Shown here in pieces: positions 10,720 to 18,480 of a stretch of 64,000 nt of DNA (its first letter is position 1; each line of letters begins with the position of its first letter). The DNA is taken from assembly GCA_963813815.1 (NCBI GenBank), contig CAWFAD010000016.1:160001-224000 (forward strand), in the 5' to 3' direction. Source of the stretch: an uncultured bacterium (GTDB lineage Bacteria; Krumholzibacteriota; Krumholzibacteriia; Krumholzibacteriales; Krumholzibacteriaceae). Both the position numbers and the translations under genes were made by a program. The notes under the pieces were generated by a model. That model had not been told where the DNA came from and made no database searches. It saw only the letters and a program-made list of their open reading frames with translations.

Positions 10720-11454
10720 GTGAAAAAGGCTTTGGTCGTCGCAACGGTGCTGTGTCTCATCATGCCAGCTCTCCTCTTCGCTCAGGAGGGGGAGAAAAAG
10801 CCGCCGACGCCGCTTCAGGTGTACCTCGGCGAGAAGAACGCGGCCAATTTCGCGGGCGCGCACGACGCGTATCTCGCGCAGATCAAGGATACGATGAACT
10901 GGAGCTCCGTCACCTCCCTCGCGTGGCTCCACATGTTCGAGCTCGACCGGTATCTCGAGCTCTTGAAGGAGCACGAGGGCGAGCTCAAGAACATGCAGAA
11001 GTTTCAGTACGCGAACATGCTGCTCGAGTTGAATCGCCACGAGGACGCGATCGCGGAGTACGAGAAGCTGAACGAGGCGAGCCCGAAGTGGTCGTGCCCG
11101 TGGCGGCACAAGGGCGAGGCCTATTTCAAAATGAAGAACTACGCCGAGGCCGAGACGGCGCTCCTCAAGGCCATCGAGACGCGCGTCGAACATTACGACG
11201 CCTACATGTGGCTCTCCGAGGTGTATCTCGCTTGGGGACAGTACGACAAGGGTCTCGACATCTTCGGGAAGGGCATGGCGCAGTACGGCAAGGACATCGA
11301 GGATCCCGAGAAGGAATATAGCAGCGCGCACGCGGCGTTCATCCATCTCGACCTCTTGAAGGGCGCGGGGAAGGCGAACACCGAGGCCTACAAGCACGCG
11401 CTCGAGCACGCGAAGAAGCTCGCCCCCGAGGACGAGCGGCTCAAGAGCTACTGA
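10720..11454 (+). CDS. Secreted TPR protein
   Basis: AAAGGAG RBS, signal peptide MKKALVVATVLCL, TPR motifs. Confidence 0.8.
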   Translation: MKKALVVATVLCLIMPALLFAQEGEKKPPTPLQVYLGEKNAANFAGAHDAYLAQIKDTMNWSSVTSLAWLHMFELDRYLELLKEHEGELKNMQKFQYANMLLELNRHEDAIAEYEKLNEASPKWSCPWRHKGEAYFKMKNYAEAETALLKAIETRVEHYDAYMWLSEVYLAWGQYDKGLDIFGKGMAQYGKDIEDPEKEYSSAHAAFIHLDLLKGAGKANTEAYKHALEHAKKLAPEDERLKSY

Positions 11455-11501
11455 GATAGCAGCGATCGCTTCGCTCACGCCGAGATCGATCTCGGCGCGC
11501 G

Positions 11502-11534
11502 GCCCCCGGCTCCGAGAGAGCCGGGGGCTTTTTT
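11502..11534 (+). terminator. Rho-independent terminator
   Basis: 11-bp stem GCCCCCGGCTC/GAGCCGGGGGC followed by T6. Confidence 0.9.
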
Positions 11535-11565
11535 GTGCGCCCGCGGGCTCCATCATCAAAGCCCA

Positions 11566-11594
11566 TTGCCTAAGAGCTTGATCAGTGGTAGAAT
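11566..11594 (+). promoter_or_regulatory. Sigma70-type promoter facing the cassette array (Pc-like)
   Basis: TTGCCT(11566)-17 bp-TAGAAT(11589) with extended -10 TG. Confidence 0.65.
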
Positions 11595-11735
11595 GCTTTC
11601 CGTACTAGGGGGCAGGGAATATTTGCCATAACAACTTCTGGCGTAGCACCATTTCTTACCCTTAAATGGCGGGTTTGATGTTTGGCAGGCGAGTGCCAGC
11701 CCGGGCTCGCATAGCCAATCACAGAGGAGGGTGTC

Positions 11736-11990
11736 ATGCCGGAGCAGGCTCCAAAGTTCTACAAGAACCCAACAACGGCCACCATTTTGTCGTTTCTAGT
11801 CATGGGGCTTGGCCAGATCTATAATGGACAGATTGGCAAGGGCATTCTATTCATCGTTCTATATGGCATTTCCATTGCCCTGATGTATGCAATTATCGGC
11901 TTTATTACTACGCCGATTCTGTGGATTTGGGGCATGATAGATGCGAATAAATCGGCAAACCGCATTAACAAAGAAATTGCGGCGAAGTGA
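11736..11990 (+). CDS. Cassette 1: small TM2-like membrane protein
   Basis: GAGGAGG RBS; KNP..A.ILSF...GLGQIYNGQIGKG motif; AT-rich codons. Confidence 0.85.
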   Translation: MPEQAPKFYKNPTTATILSFLVMGLGQIYNGQIGKGILFIVLYGISIALMYAIIGFITTPILWIWGMIDANKSANRINKEIAAK

Positions 11991-12053
11991 TTCTATATCG
12001 ACTCACATCAAGTTGACCTGTTCTTGATGTAGCCGTGAATTAGCTGTGTTCCA

Positions 12054-12165
12054 GCCCAACTCCGCATGCAGCTGGCAGCCGTTGCCGTCACGTCGCCTGC
12101 AGGGCGCGCGGCGCGCCGGCTCGCCGGGGCGGCGGACGCGGCCGCAGCTGATGCCGACGTTAGGC
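12054..12165 (+). repeat. attC site 1
   Basis: R'' GCCCAAC ... GCAGCTG/GCAGCTGA ... R' GTTAGGC. Confidence 0.9.
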
Positions 12166-12202
12166 GGCGATTATCGCAGTCGATCTGATCCAAGGAGGAA
12201 CA

Positions 12203-12622
12203 ATGATGCACTCGTGGCGACAGCGCATTCTCATGTTGGGGGCAGCACTGATGCTGGTTTCGGCCGCCATCGTGGCATTCGGCGTGATTCCACTTGTCCG
12301 TGCGGACACGTTTCCCGGCGTCGCGGAAGGCCAGGCAGTTCCTGCCTTCTGGGGAAACGTGCTGCTTCTCCTCTTGGTGGCGGCGGCAGCCGTTACCTCC
12401 TCGCGCCTCGGGTCGAATCGTGCCACTCTGCGTCGTGCGCTCGCGGGCGTACCTGGGCTTCTGGCCCTGGTCCTCGGGTTGCTACTCATCGATGCCGCCA
12501 CCGCCTTCTCGGGGCACGGCCCCAGCATGCACGGAGCGGTTGTAGCACTCTGGGTGTGTGTTTGCCTCGATGTCGCTGCGGGCATAGGGATGGTCGGTTC
12601 GGCGTTCGCGCGGCAGGGTTGA
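12203..12622 (+). CDS. Cassette 2: membrane protein of unknown function
   Basis: AAGGAGG RBS, four hydrophobic helices. Confidence 0.8.
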   Translation: MMHSWRQRILMLGAALMLVSAAIVAFGVIPLVRADTFPGVAEGQAVPAFWGNVLLLLLVAAAAVTSSRLGSNRATLRRALAGVPGLLALVLGLLLIDAATAFSGHGPSMHGAVVALWVCVCLDVAAGIGMVGSAFARQG

Positions 12623-12667
12623 TCACGTGACCGCTCGCTGCTGAGCGATCCGCAGAGAGCCGATGAT

Positions 12668-12762
12668 GCCTAACTCTCGATGCAGCGGGCGGTCCAGCGC
12701 GTCACGACCCTTGCAGGGCAAGGGATCGCGCCGCTTATCCGCAGCTGATCGATGCGTTATAC
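12668..12762 (+). repeat. attC site 2
   Basis: R'' GCCTAAC ... R' GTTATAC, internal dyad TCGATGCAGC/GCTGATCGA. Confidence 0.88.
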
Positions 12763-12810
12763 GGACGGGGAACAAGAAAAGTGACTCTGTCTTATTGAAA
12801 GGAGAAGAGA

Positions 12811-12963
12811 ATGGGTTTGAGATACTTAGGCTTCTTGGGAGTGCTTGGATTCCTGGGCTTCCTGGGGATGCGAGAGGGCGCAGAGGCGCTCTATGGGCTC
12901 TTCGGTCTATTTGGGTTCTATGGCTTTTTTGGATTTCCAGGAAGCCCGAAGAAACCCAATTAA
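12811..12963 (+). CDS. Cassette 3: 50-aa Gly/Phe/Leu-rich hydrophobic peptide (not in ORF track)
   Basis: AAAGGAG RBS; MGLRYLGFLGVLGFLGFLGMREGAEALYGLFGLFGFYGFFGFPGSPKKPN; fills the space between attC2 and attC3. Confidence 0.75.
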   Translation: MGLRYLGFLGVLGFLGFLGMREGAEALYGLFGLFGFYGFFGFPGSPKKPN

Positions 12964-13007
12964 TTGTGCTGCGATTCAATGGATCTGTGCCTTTGTTGCA
13001 GCATGCC

Positions 13008-13105
13008 GTCTAACTCCGCGTGCAGCAGACGGCCACCGCACGGACGTTGGATGAGATTTGAGACCGTGTGCAGGCGGCGGACCACTGCTGACGCTTGCGT
13101 TAGCC
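13008..13105 (+). repeat. attC site 3
   Basis: R'' GTCTAAC ... R' GTTAGCC. Confidence 0.9.
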
Positions 13106-13130
13106 GGACAATGAAAGAAAGGTGATAAGT

Positions 13131-13325
13131 GTGACTAAGCGGAAAGCGGGTGTGTGGCTGTTTGCCGCAACCAGCGTCATTTCCTTCATCGCAGCCCTCA
13201 TTCCCGTGGTCAAAGGTGAGGGACCGAACGGTGTGTTCCTCGGGTCGGGCACTGTGTTCCTCGTGATCGCCATCGCGAGCGCCAGAAGAGCCCGTGGTCG
13301 AGGAAACGGTCCACCCGTCGGCTAA
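13131..13325 (+). CDS. Cassette 4: small two-TM protein
   Basis: GTG start after AAGGTGA; TAA inside attC4 R''. Confidence 0.75.
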   Translation: MTKRKAGVWLFAATSVISFIAALIPVVKGEGPNGVFLGSGTVFLVIAIASARRARGRGNGPPVG

Positions 13326-13385
13326 CACGGCAATGAAGCTCCCGGTTGACTGCGGCGCCCGCAGCTTATTGCAAGGCCGTTAGGC
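13320..13385 (+). repeat. attC site 4 (short, 66 bp)
   Basis: R'' GGCTAAC, L boxes GCAATGAAGCT/AGCTTATTGC, R' GTTAGGC. Confidence 0.92.
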
Positions 13386-13397
13386 GGGCAACTGGAC

Positions 13398-13703
13398 ATG
13401 AGTATCAAAGTGCAGATTCTATATACCGAGGGATGCGAGCACACTCCTGCGACGGCGGCGCAGGTTCGAAGTGTTGCCGAAGAAATGGGGATCAATATAG
13501 ATCTCGAGATGGTTCTTGTGGAAAACGAAGCACAGGCAAAAGGGCTTAATTTTGCTGGAAGTCCAACGGTGCGAGTCAATGGTAAAGACATAGATCCAAA
13601 TGCGCGTTCAAATGGAATCGCGGGATTATCGTGAAGAACATATCAGGCATCGGGAATGCCTACGGGAGATATGATACGGAAAGCATTTGAAGAGGCCGTC
13701 TAA
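13398..13703 (+). CDS. Cassette 5: thioredoxin-like probable selenoprotein (in-frame TGA at 13632-13634 read as Sec)
   Basis: YTEGC..GSPTVRVNG..GLS-U-RTY..G.P...IRKAF; frame continues 22 codons past TGA to a TAA in attC5 R''; hairpin just downstream of TGA. Confidence 0.8.
13639..13673 (+). other. Putative bacterial SECIS element
   Basis: Upper stem AGGCAT/ATGCCT, loop CGGGA starting 16 nt after the UGA; lower stem CATATC/GATATG. Confidence 0.65.
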
Positions 13704-13810
13704 CTCCGCATGCAGCTGACGGCCGCTGCCGTCGCGCCGCCTGCTCGAGCACGCGGCGCGCCGGCCCGCCGGGGCGGCGGAAGCGGCCGCAGCTGACACT
13801 TGCGTTGGAT
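13698..13810 (+). repeat. attC site 5
   Basis: R'' GTCTAAC ... R' GTTGGAT; same family as attC1/7/8/12. Confidence 0.92.
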
Positions 13811-13828
13811 GTATAAGGAGGAAGCACA

Positions 13829-14395
13829 TTGACATCGAAGGCAATTGTCCCCCTGCTGATTGTGGCGCTCGCTGGCAGCTCTATAAGTTTGGGGGCAAAG
13901 TCTAAGGAGCCAGCTACCGGCTGTCTTTCGATCCAGTGGCAGCGGCTCTTGGATCAAAAGGGAGAGACCTGCGAGCGTTGCAGCGGGACGGAGAAGGAGC
14001 TTCGCAAGGCTGTGACCATGCTGAAGCGTGCACTTCGCCCTTTGGGAATGGAGGTGACGCTCGAGAAGGATGCGTTCGGTGTCGAGAAAGCTAAGAACAT
14101 TCTGGATTCGAATCGCATCGTAATTGGAGGCAAGACACTCGAGGAATGGCTCAATGCGAAAACAGGATCGAGTGCTTGTGGATCGTGCTGTGCAAAGCTT
14201 GGTGAGACTGTTGAGTGCAGGACGACTACGGTGGACGGCACCACGTATGAGGTTATTCCGGCGGAGCTGATCGTCAAAGCCGGCCTCAAAGCGGCCGCGG
14301 AGGTAATGAAGGCACCGGTGCAATCCACCAGCTGTTCGAAGGACCGAGTTCCGTGTGCGCAGGGCAAGACCTGTTGTCCGAAGGCTGGATCATGA
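13829..14395 (+). CDS. Cassette 6: DUF2703-domain Cys-rich protein with signal peptide
   Basis: AAGGAGG RBS, TTG start; WQRL..GETCERC, SNRI..G..LEEWL, CGSCC, ECRT..YEVIP motifs. Confidence 0.85.
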   Translation: MTSKAIVPLLIVALAGSSISLGAKSKEPATGCLSIQWQRLLDQKGETCERCSGTEKELRKAVTMLKRALRPLGMEVTLEKDAFGVEKAKNILDSNRIVIGGKTLEEWLNAKTGSSACGSCCAKLGETVECRTTTVDGTTYEVIPAELIVKAGLKAAAEVMKAPVQSTSCSKDRVPCAQGKTCCPKAGS

Positions 14396-14419
14396 TCGCG
14401 GAGGCGAGTCGACGATACC

Positions 14420-14512
14420 ATCCAACTCAATGTGCAGCTGTCGACCGCCGCTTGGCGCTGGGGCATCAGAAGCTTGAACCTGCGGCGTCCGCAGCTGACA
14501 CTTGAGTTAGCT
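14420..14512 (+). repeat. attC site 6
   Basis: R'' ATCCAAC ... R' GTTAGCT. Confidence 0.9.
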
Positions 14513-14536
14513 GCACCAAGACGACGTTATGACGCC

Positions 14537-14565
14537 TTGACATTATAGTGATATGATGCTATGAT
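14537..14565 (+). promoter_or_regulatory. Internal promoter of TA cassette
   Basis: TTGACA-17 bp-TATGAT with extended -10 TG. Confidence 0.8.
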
Positions 14566-14585
14566 TGCTTGTGGAGGTGAATTCC

Positions 14586-14819
14586 ATGAGCGAGACCACA
14601 AAGCGTTCGACAATCTACTTCAAAACGGGGCTTCACCGCGCGTTGAGGATCAAGGCCGCGGATACACAGCGCAGCCTATCCGATCTTGTGAACGATGCGG
14701 TTCAAATGGCGCTTCGCGAGGACGCCGAGGATCTGTCCGCCTTTGATGAACGAGCGAAGGAGCCGACACTCACCTATGAGGAACTCCTCAGGGATCTGAA
14801 GGCCCATGGCAAGATATAA
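14586..14819 (+). CDS. Cassette 7: RHH/CopG-type antitoxin
   Basis: KRSTIYF...LHRAL...SLSDLVNDAV...EDAEDL; GGAGGTG RBS; overlaps toxin start. Confidence 0.85.
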   Translation: MSETTKRSTIYFKTGLHRALRIKAADTQRSLSDLVNDAVQMALREDAEDLSAFDERAKEPTLTYEELLRDLKAHGKI

Positions 14820-15069
14820 GCTGGTTTTCAAGAAGTCCGTTGCCAAGGATCTTCGTTGTATCCCGAGGAAGGATGTTGCTCGCATCCTGAAGCGCATTGA
14901 AGCTCTCACTGATGATCCTCGCGCTCCGGGCTGCGAGAAACTCTCGGGGCAAGAGAGGTATCGAGTCCGTCAGGGCGTTTATCGAATCATCTATGAGATA
15001 CAAGATGATGTTCTTGTAATCGTAGTCGTGAAGGTGGGGCACAGGGGTGAAGTGTATAGGGGCACCTAA
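14806..15069 (+). CDS. Cassette 7: RelE/ParE-family toxin
   Basis: KLSGQERYRVRQGVYRIIYEI...VVKVGHR; TAA in attC7 R''. Confidence 0.92.
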   Translation: MARYKLVFKKSVAKDLRCIPRKDVARILKRIEALTDDPRAPGCEKLSGQERYRVRQGVYRIIYEIQDDVLVIVVVKVGHRGEVYRGT

Positions 15070-15175
15070 CTCTGCATACAGGTGACGGCCGCTGCCGTCA
15101 CGCCGCCTGCGGAGCGCGCGGCGCGCCGGCCCGCCGGAGCGGCGATCACGGCCGCATCTGATGCCGGCGTTCGGT
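15064..15175 (+). repeat. attC site 7
   Basis: R'' ACCTAAC ... R' GTTCGGT. Confidence 0.9.
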
Positions 15176-15236
15176 ATTTATGTTTCGTAAGGAGGCTGGC
15201 ATTCACAATGCTCGATTATTGTGAGGGAGTACGAGG

Positions 15237-15611
15237 ATGAAATTTGCTCGATGGGTATTCCGTATAGCAGGGCTCTACGGCATCATTGTTATGACGCCGA
15301 TGCTATTCATGCAGCGTCAAATGGCGCCCGGCGCCGCGCACCCCGTATATTTCTATGCTTGGGCGAGTACGAATCTGGCATGGCAGATCCTATTCCTCGT
15401 GCTGTCCATAAATCCGATTCGCTACCGCCCCATGATGCTGGTTTGTGTCCTGCAGAAGGCGTCGGCGGTGATCGCCATCCCTTGGATGTATGTCTTGGGG
15501 CGTGTTGGAGGCATGTGGCTGGGGGCCGCCATGAGCGACCTGATCTTCGCGATCATGTTTCTTGCCGCCTATCGTGCGACGGGTGGATTGTCGAATAAGG
15601 ATAATGCCTAA
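15237..15611 (+). CDS. Cassette 8: four-TM membrane protein
   Basis: FARWVFRIAGLYG...AWQILF...PIRYRPMM; TAA in attC8 R''. Confidence 0.85.
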   Translation: MKFARWVFRIAGLYGIIVMTPMLFMQRQMAPGAAHPVYFYAWASTNLAWQILFLVLSINPIRYRPMMLVCVLQKASAVIAIPWMYVLGRVGGMWLGAAMSDLIFAIMFLAAYRATGGLSNKDNA

Positions 15612-15717
15612 CTCCGCATACAGCTGAGGGCCGCTGCCGTTACGCCGCCTGCGGAGCGCGCGGCGCGCCGACCCGCCGGGGCGGCGGATGCAGCCGCAGC
15701 TGACACTGGCGTTAGAT
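15606..15717 (+). repeat. attC site 8
   Basis: R'' GCCTAAC ... R' GTTAGAT. Confidence 0.92.
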
Positions 15718-15740
15718 AGGCGACGCAATGAGAGTCTGAT

Positions 15741-16193
15741 ATGGGTTGGCTTGCCACTCCTGAGCGATTCTTGAAACCCGGGCGGGTCCGTTTCGGTTTT
15801 CTGTGTATGGCAGCTCTGGCGTTCTTTGTGACGGAGTTCGGGAGGTTCGTCTATCGGCCGTATGTGCGTCGCAATGACATCAGCGACTTTGGATTGGCTG
15901 ACAGCATTGGGAATCTTGGGGGCATAGTTGTTCAGATCTTTATTACCGTCGCTGCTATGAACTCGACGAAGAAGCAGAGTTTTCGAATCGCTTCTCTCTT
16001 GGCAGCAGGTTATGTAGTCTACGAGTTTCTGCAGCCGGCGCTGCCCAAAGGGGTCTTTGATTGGAAGGATGTGTACGGCACGCTGCTCGGTCTGGGCCTA
16101 TCGTTTGCAATTCTATGGATCATATGGCGGATATTCCCGGAGGGGGGAAACGAACCAAACAACAGCGAGCCGAGCCGTCGCATGAGTGTCTAA
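15741..16193 (+). CDS. Cassette 9: membrane protein (VanZ-like YEFLQ...FDWKD motif)
   Basis: Hydrophobic ORF ending in attC9 R''. Confidence 0.75.
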   Translation: MGWLATPERFLKPGRVRFGFLCMAALAFFVTEFGRFVYRPYVRRNDISDFGLADSIGNLGGIVVQIFITVAAMNSTKKQSFRIASLLAAGYVVYEFLQPALPKGVFDWKDVYGTLLGLGLSFAILWIIWRIFPEGGNEPNNSEPSRRMSV

Positions 16194-16284
16194 CTCTGCG
16201 TGCACCTGACGGCCGCCGCTCGATTGGGAGCAGCCGCTTGAGACATCGGCGTTGCGGCGTCCGCAGCTGACACTTGCGTTGGGC
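16188..16284 (+). repeat. attC site 9
   Basis: R'' GTCTAAC ... R' GTTGGGC. Confidence 0.9.
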
Positions 16285-16311
16285 GGGCGGTTTTTCGGGA
16301 GGAAGCATGCC

Positions 16312-16752
16312 ATGAGACGCTATATCGTAATCCTCTTTTGTCTTCTCGGCGTTCTATCCGCTGCTGCGCTGGGTCAAAGCAACGTACCGGTTCCCATTCT
16401 CCCAGACAGTCTTCGCTGGATGAGTCCACCGAGCGTTTCTGGGTTACAGATGGCATGGGTGCTAGGAGCTGAGCAGAAGCCCGGGGCATACATTCTTCGA
16501 GTCAAGCTTGAAGGTGGTGCGAAAATACAGCCACACGCACATCCTGATGAGCGCAACACCACCGTGTTGGCCGGTGTCCTCTATGTCGGGTTCGGCGAGA
16601 TCTTCGACGAGGCGAAGGTTGCGGCCATTCCAGTCGGAGCGGTATACGTCGCTCCCGCCAATGTTGCTCATTATGTTTGGGCCAAGGATGGCGTGGTCAT
16701 GTTTCAGGAAGCAGGCATGGCTCCGACTGGAACGGTGTTCATAAAGCGGTAG
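16312..16752 (+). CDS. Cassette 10 gene A: secreted cupin-domain protein
   Basis: GGAGG RBS; PHAHPDE...TVLAG...APANVAHY cupin motifs. Confidence 0.85.
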   Translation: MRRYIVILFCLLGVLSAAALGQSNVPVPILPDSLRWMSPPSVSGLQMAWVLGAEQKPGAYILRVKLEGGAKIQPHAHPDERNTTVLAGVLYVGFGEIFDEAKVAAIPVGAVYVAPANVAHYVWAKDGVVMFQEAGMAPTGTVFIKR

Positions 16753-16784
16753 GGCGATAGGCCACATGTAGCAGGAGGTGGAAC

Positions 16785-17252
16785 ATGAGAACCGGCTTGT
16801 ATTTCGTGGTGCTCGGTTGCCTATTCGCAGTTGTGAGCTGCTCAAGAAGCGTTGATCTTGAGAAATCGAAGCAGGAGGTTGGAGCTGTACTGGATCAATA
16901 CAACCAAAGCGTTGTGCGGGAGGACATGGAGGAGTACGCCAAGCACGTTTTCCACGATCCTGAAATGGTGAACTTTGGAGCGTTCGGCGCCCCGATTGTT
17001 GGATGGGAGGCGCTTCGCGGAGTAATTGAAGCTCAGAATGCTGGCCTTGATTCTATCGGGATTGATCAGAGCCAGGTGAAGATACACGTGCTGCCAGGGG
17101 GAATGAATGCCTGGGCCACTTCGCTCTGGCGATTCAGAGCAAAGGCTGGGCAGAATGCCCTTGATGTGCCTGTCCGATGCACGTGGGTTTTGGAGAAGCG
17201 CGAAGGCACTTGGCTGGTGGTTCATTTTCATAAGTCGATTACCGCTGGCTGA
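16785..17252 (+). CDS. Cassette 10 gene B: SnoaL/NTF2-like lipoprotein
   Basis: AGGAGGT RBS; lipobox-like VVSC; RCTWVLEKREGTWLVVHFHKS. Confidence 0.85.
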   Translation: MRTGLYFVVLGCLFAVVSCSRSVDLEKSKQEVGAVLDQYNQSVVREDMEEYAKHVFHDPEMVNFGAFGAPIVGWEALRGVIEAQNAGLDSIGIDQSQVKIHVLPGGMNAWATSLWRFRAKAGQNALDVPVRCTWVLEKREGTWLVVHFHKSITAG

Positions 17253-17276
17253 GACGAATTCGCGACGTGCGCCTCG

Positions 17277-17339
17277 GCCCAACTTGCGGCGCACCTGGCA
17301 GTCCGATTCGCGGCCCGCAGGTGAGCGCCGGCGTGAGGC
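17277..17339 (+). repeat. attC site 10 (R' mutated to GTGAGGC)
   Basis: R'' GCCCAAC, L boxes GCGCACCTG/CAGGTGAGCGC; GTT replaced by GTG. Confidence 0.8.
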
Positions 17340-17358
17340 CGTCGAAGGATTGATAATC

Positions 17359-18114
17359 ATGGACACATGGAAGTTCTACGACATCACTCACCGAGAACAG
17401 GTGATATGCAATCCAATAAGCGAGGAAAAACTGACGCGTCTCGTGGAGCTTCTGCGCCTCCCGACTAACGCGCAGGTGGTTGACATTGCGTGTGGTAAGG
17501 GCGAGTTCTTGATTCGCTTGGCGGAAGCCTATGGCGCTCGTGGCATGGGCATCGACATTTCTCCTTTCTTCATCGCCGATGCAGAGAGAAGGCTCAAGGC
17601 GCGGGCACCGAGTGCTGGCATCACCTTCACTCAGATGAATGGTGGGGATTTCAAGCCAGACGAGCCGCACAGCTTAGATCTGGCGTCATGTATCGGTGCC
17701 AGTTGGATCTTCGGGGGGCATGCTAATACTCTCGAAGCTCTGATCAGCATGGTGAGGCCCGGCGGCTGGGTGATCGTGGGAGAGCCATACTGGCAGCAGG
17801 AGCCGTCAGGGGATTACCTAGAGGCATCCGGGTGCGCGCGAGAGGACTTCGGGAGCCACTCCTCGAATGCAGAAGCCGGAGAGCAGCGAGGAATGGAGCT
17901 CGTTCACACCATCGTGAGCAGCAAGGACGACTGGGACAGGTATGAGGGCCTCCAATGGTTAGCGACAGCCGAGTACGCTCGCACCCATCCAGATGATCCG
18001 GACTTGGCGGAGGTGGTTGAGCGCGTGAGCAAGTCGAGGGCGGCATACCTGCGTTGGGGGCGCGACACGCTTGGTTGGGCGATCTACGTGTTCAGATCGC
18101 GCTCTGCGGCCTAA
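17359..18114 (+). CDS. Cassette 11: class I SAM-dependent methyltransferase (YjhP-like)
   Basis: VVDIACGKGE, SCIGASWIFGG, GEPYW, RDTLGWAIYVF; TAA in attC11 R''. Confidence 0.88.
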   Translation: MDTWKFYDITHREQVICNPISEEKLTRLVELLRLPTNAQVVDIACGKGEFLIRLAEAYGARGMGIDISPFFIADAERRLKARAPSAGITFTQMNGGDFKPDEPHSLDLASCIGASWIFGGHANTLEALISMVRPGGWVIVGEPYWQQEPSGDYLEASGCAREDFGSHSSNAEAGEQRGMELVHTIVSSKDDWDRYEGLQWLATAEYARTHPDDPDLAEVVERVSKSRAAYLRWGRDTLGWAIYVFRSRSAA

Positions 18115-18203
18115 CAAACGGATGAACGCGAGCCGGAACAGGCCGGCCCGGCTCGCTTCGCTCGGTCACGTTTACTGCCGGCCGCGTTATCTGAGAATTC
18201 CCT
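18109..18203 (+). repeat. attC site 11 (R' degenerate)
   Basis: R'' GCCTAAC, L boxes GATGAACGC/GCGTTATC; ATTCCCT at the expected R' position. Confidence 0.7.
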
Positions 18204-18239
18204 TGCACACAACGACGGCGTTGCGTACAATGTATTACA
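18203..18239 (+). promoter_or_regulatory. Promoter/operator of second TA cassette
   Basis: TTGCAC-17 bp-TACAAT followed by palindrome TGTA-T-TACA. Confidence 0.7.
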
Positions 18240-18261
18240 GGACAAGCAAGGGGGTGCGAGC

Positions 18262-18480
18262 TTGAGTACGCCAATATCCATTAGAATTCCTGATGGCCTT
18301 GCCAGCCAGCTTGACGGCATTGCCCGGGAAACCGACAGGCCGAGATCCTATATCGTTCAAAAAGCCCTCGAATCCTATCTCGAGGATTATGCGGATCTTC
18401 AGATTGCTCTCGATCGGCTGCATGACGGCAGCGATGAGGTGATCACGGGCAAAGAGCTGAGGAAGAAGCTTGGCCTATAA
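18262..18480 (+). CDS. Cassette 12: RHH (RelB/CopG-like) antitoxin
   Basis: ISIRIP...RPRSYIVQKALESYLEDYADL. Confidence 0.88.
   Translation: MSTPISIRIPDGLASQLDGIARETDRPRSYIVQKALESYLEDYADLQIALDRLHDGSDEVITGKELRKKLGL

Noticed and set aside
10720..11735. Integron integrase upstream of the array
   Set aside because: No ORF on either strand has tyrosine-recombinase R-H-R-Y motifs; the upstream gene is a secreted TPR protein
12620..12673. Second Sec readthrough (cassette 2 TGA is in frame with the TAA in attC2)
   Set aside because: TGA lies in a low-complexity tail of a membrane protein with no redox motif and only a weak hairpin; more likely a normal or recent stop
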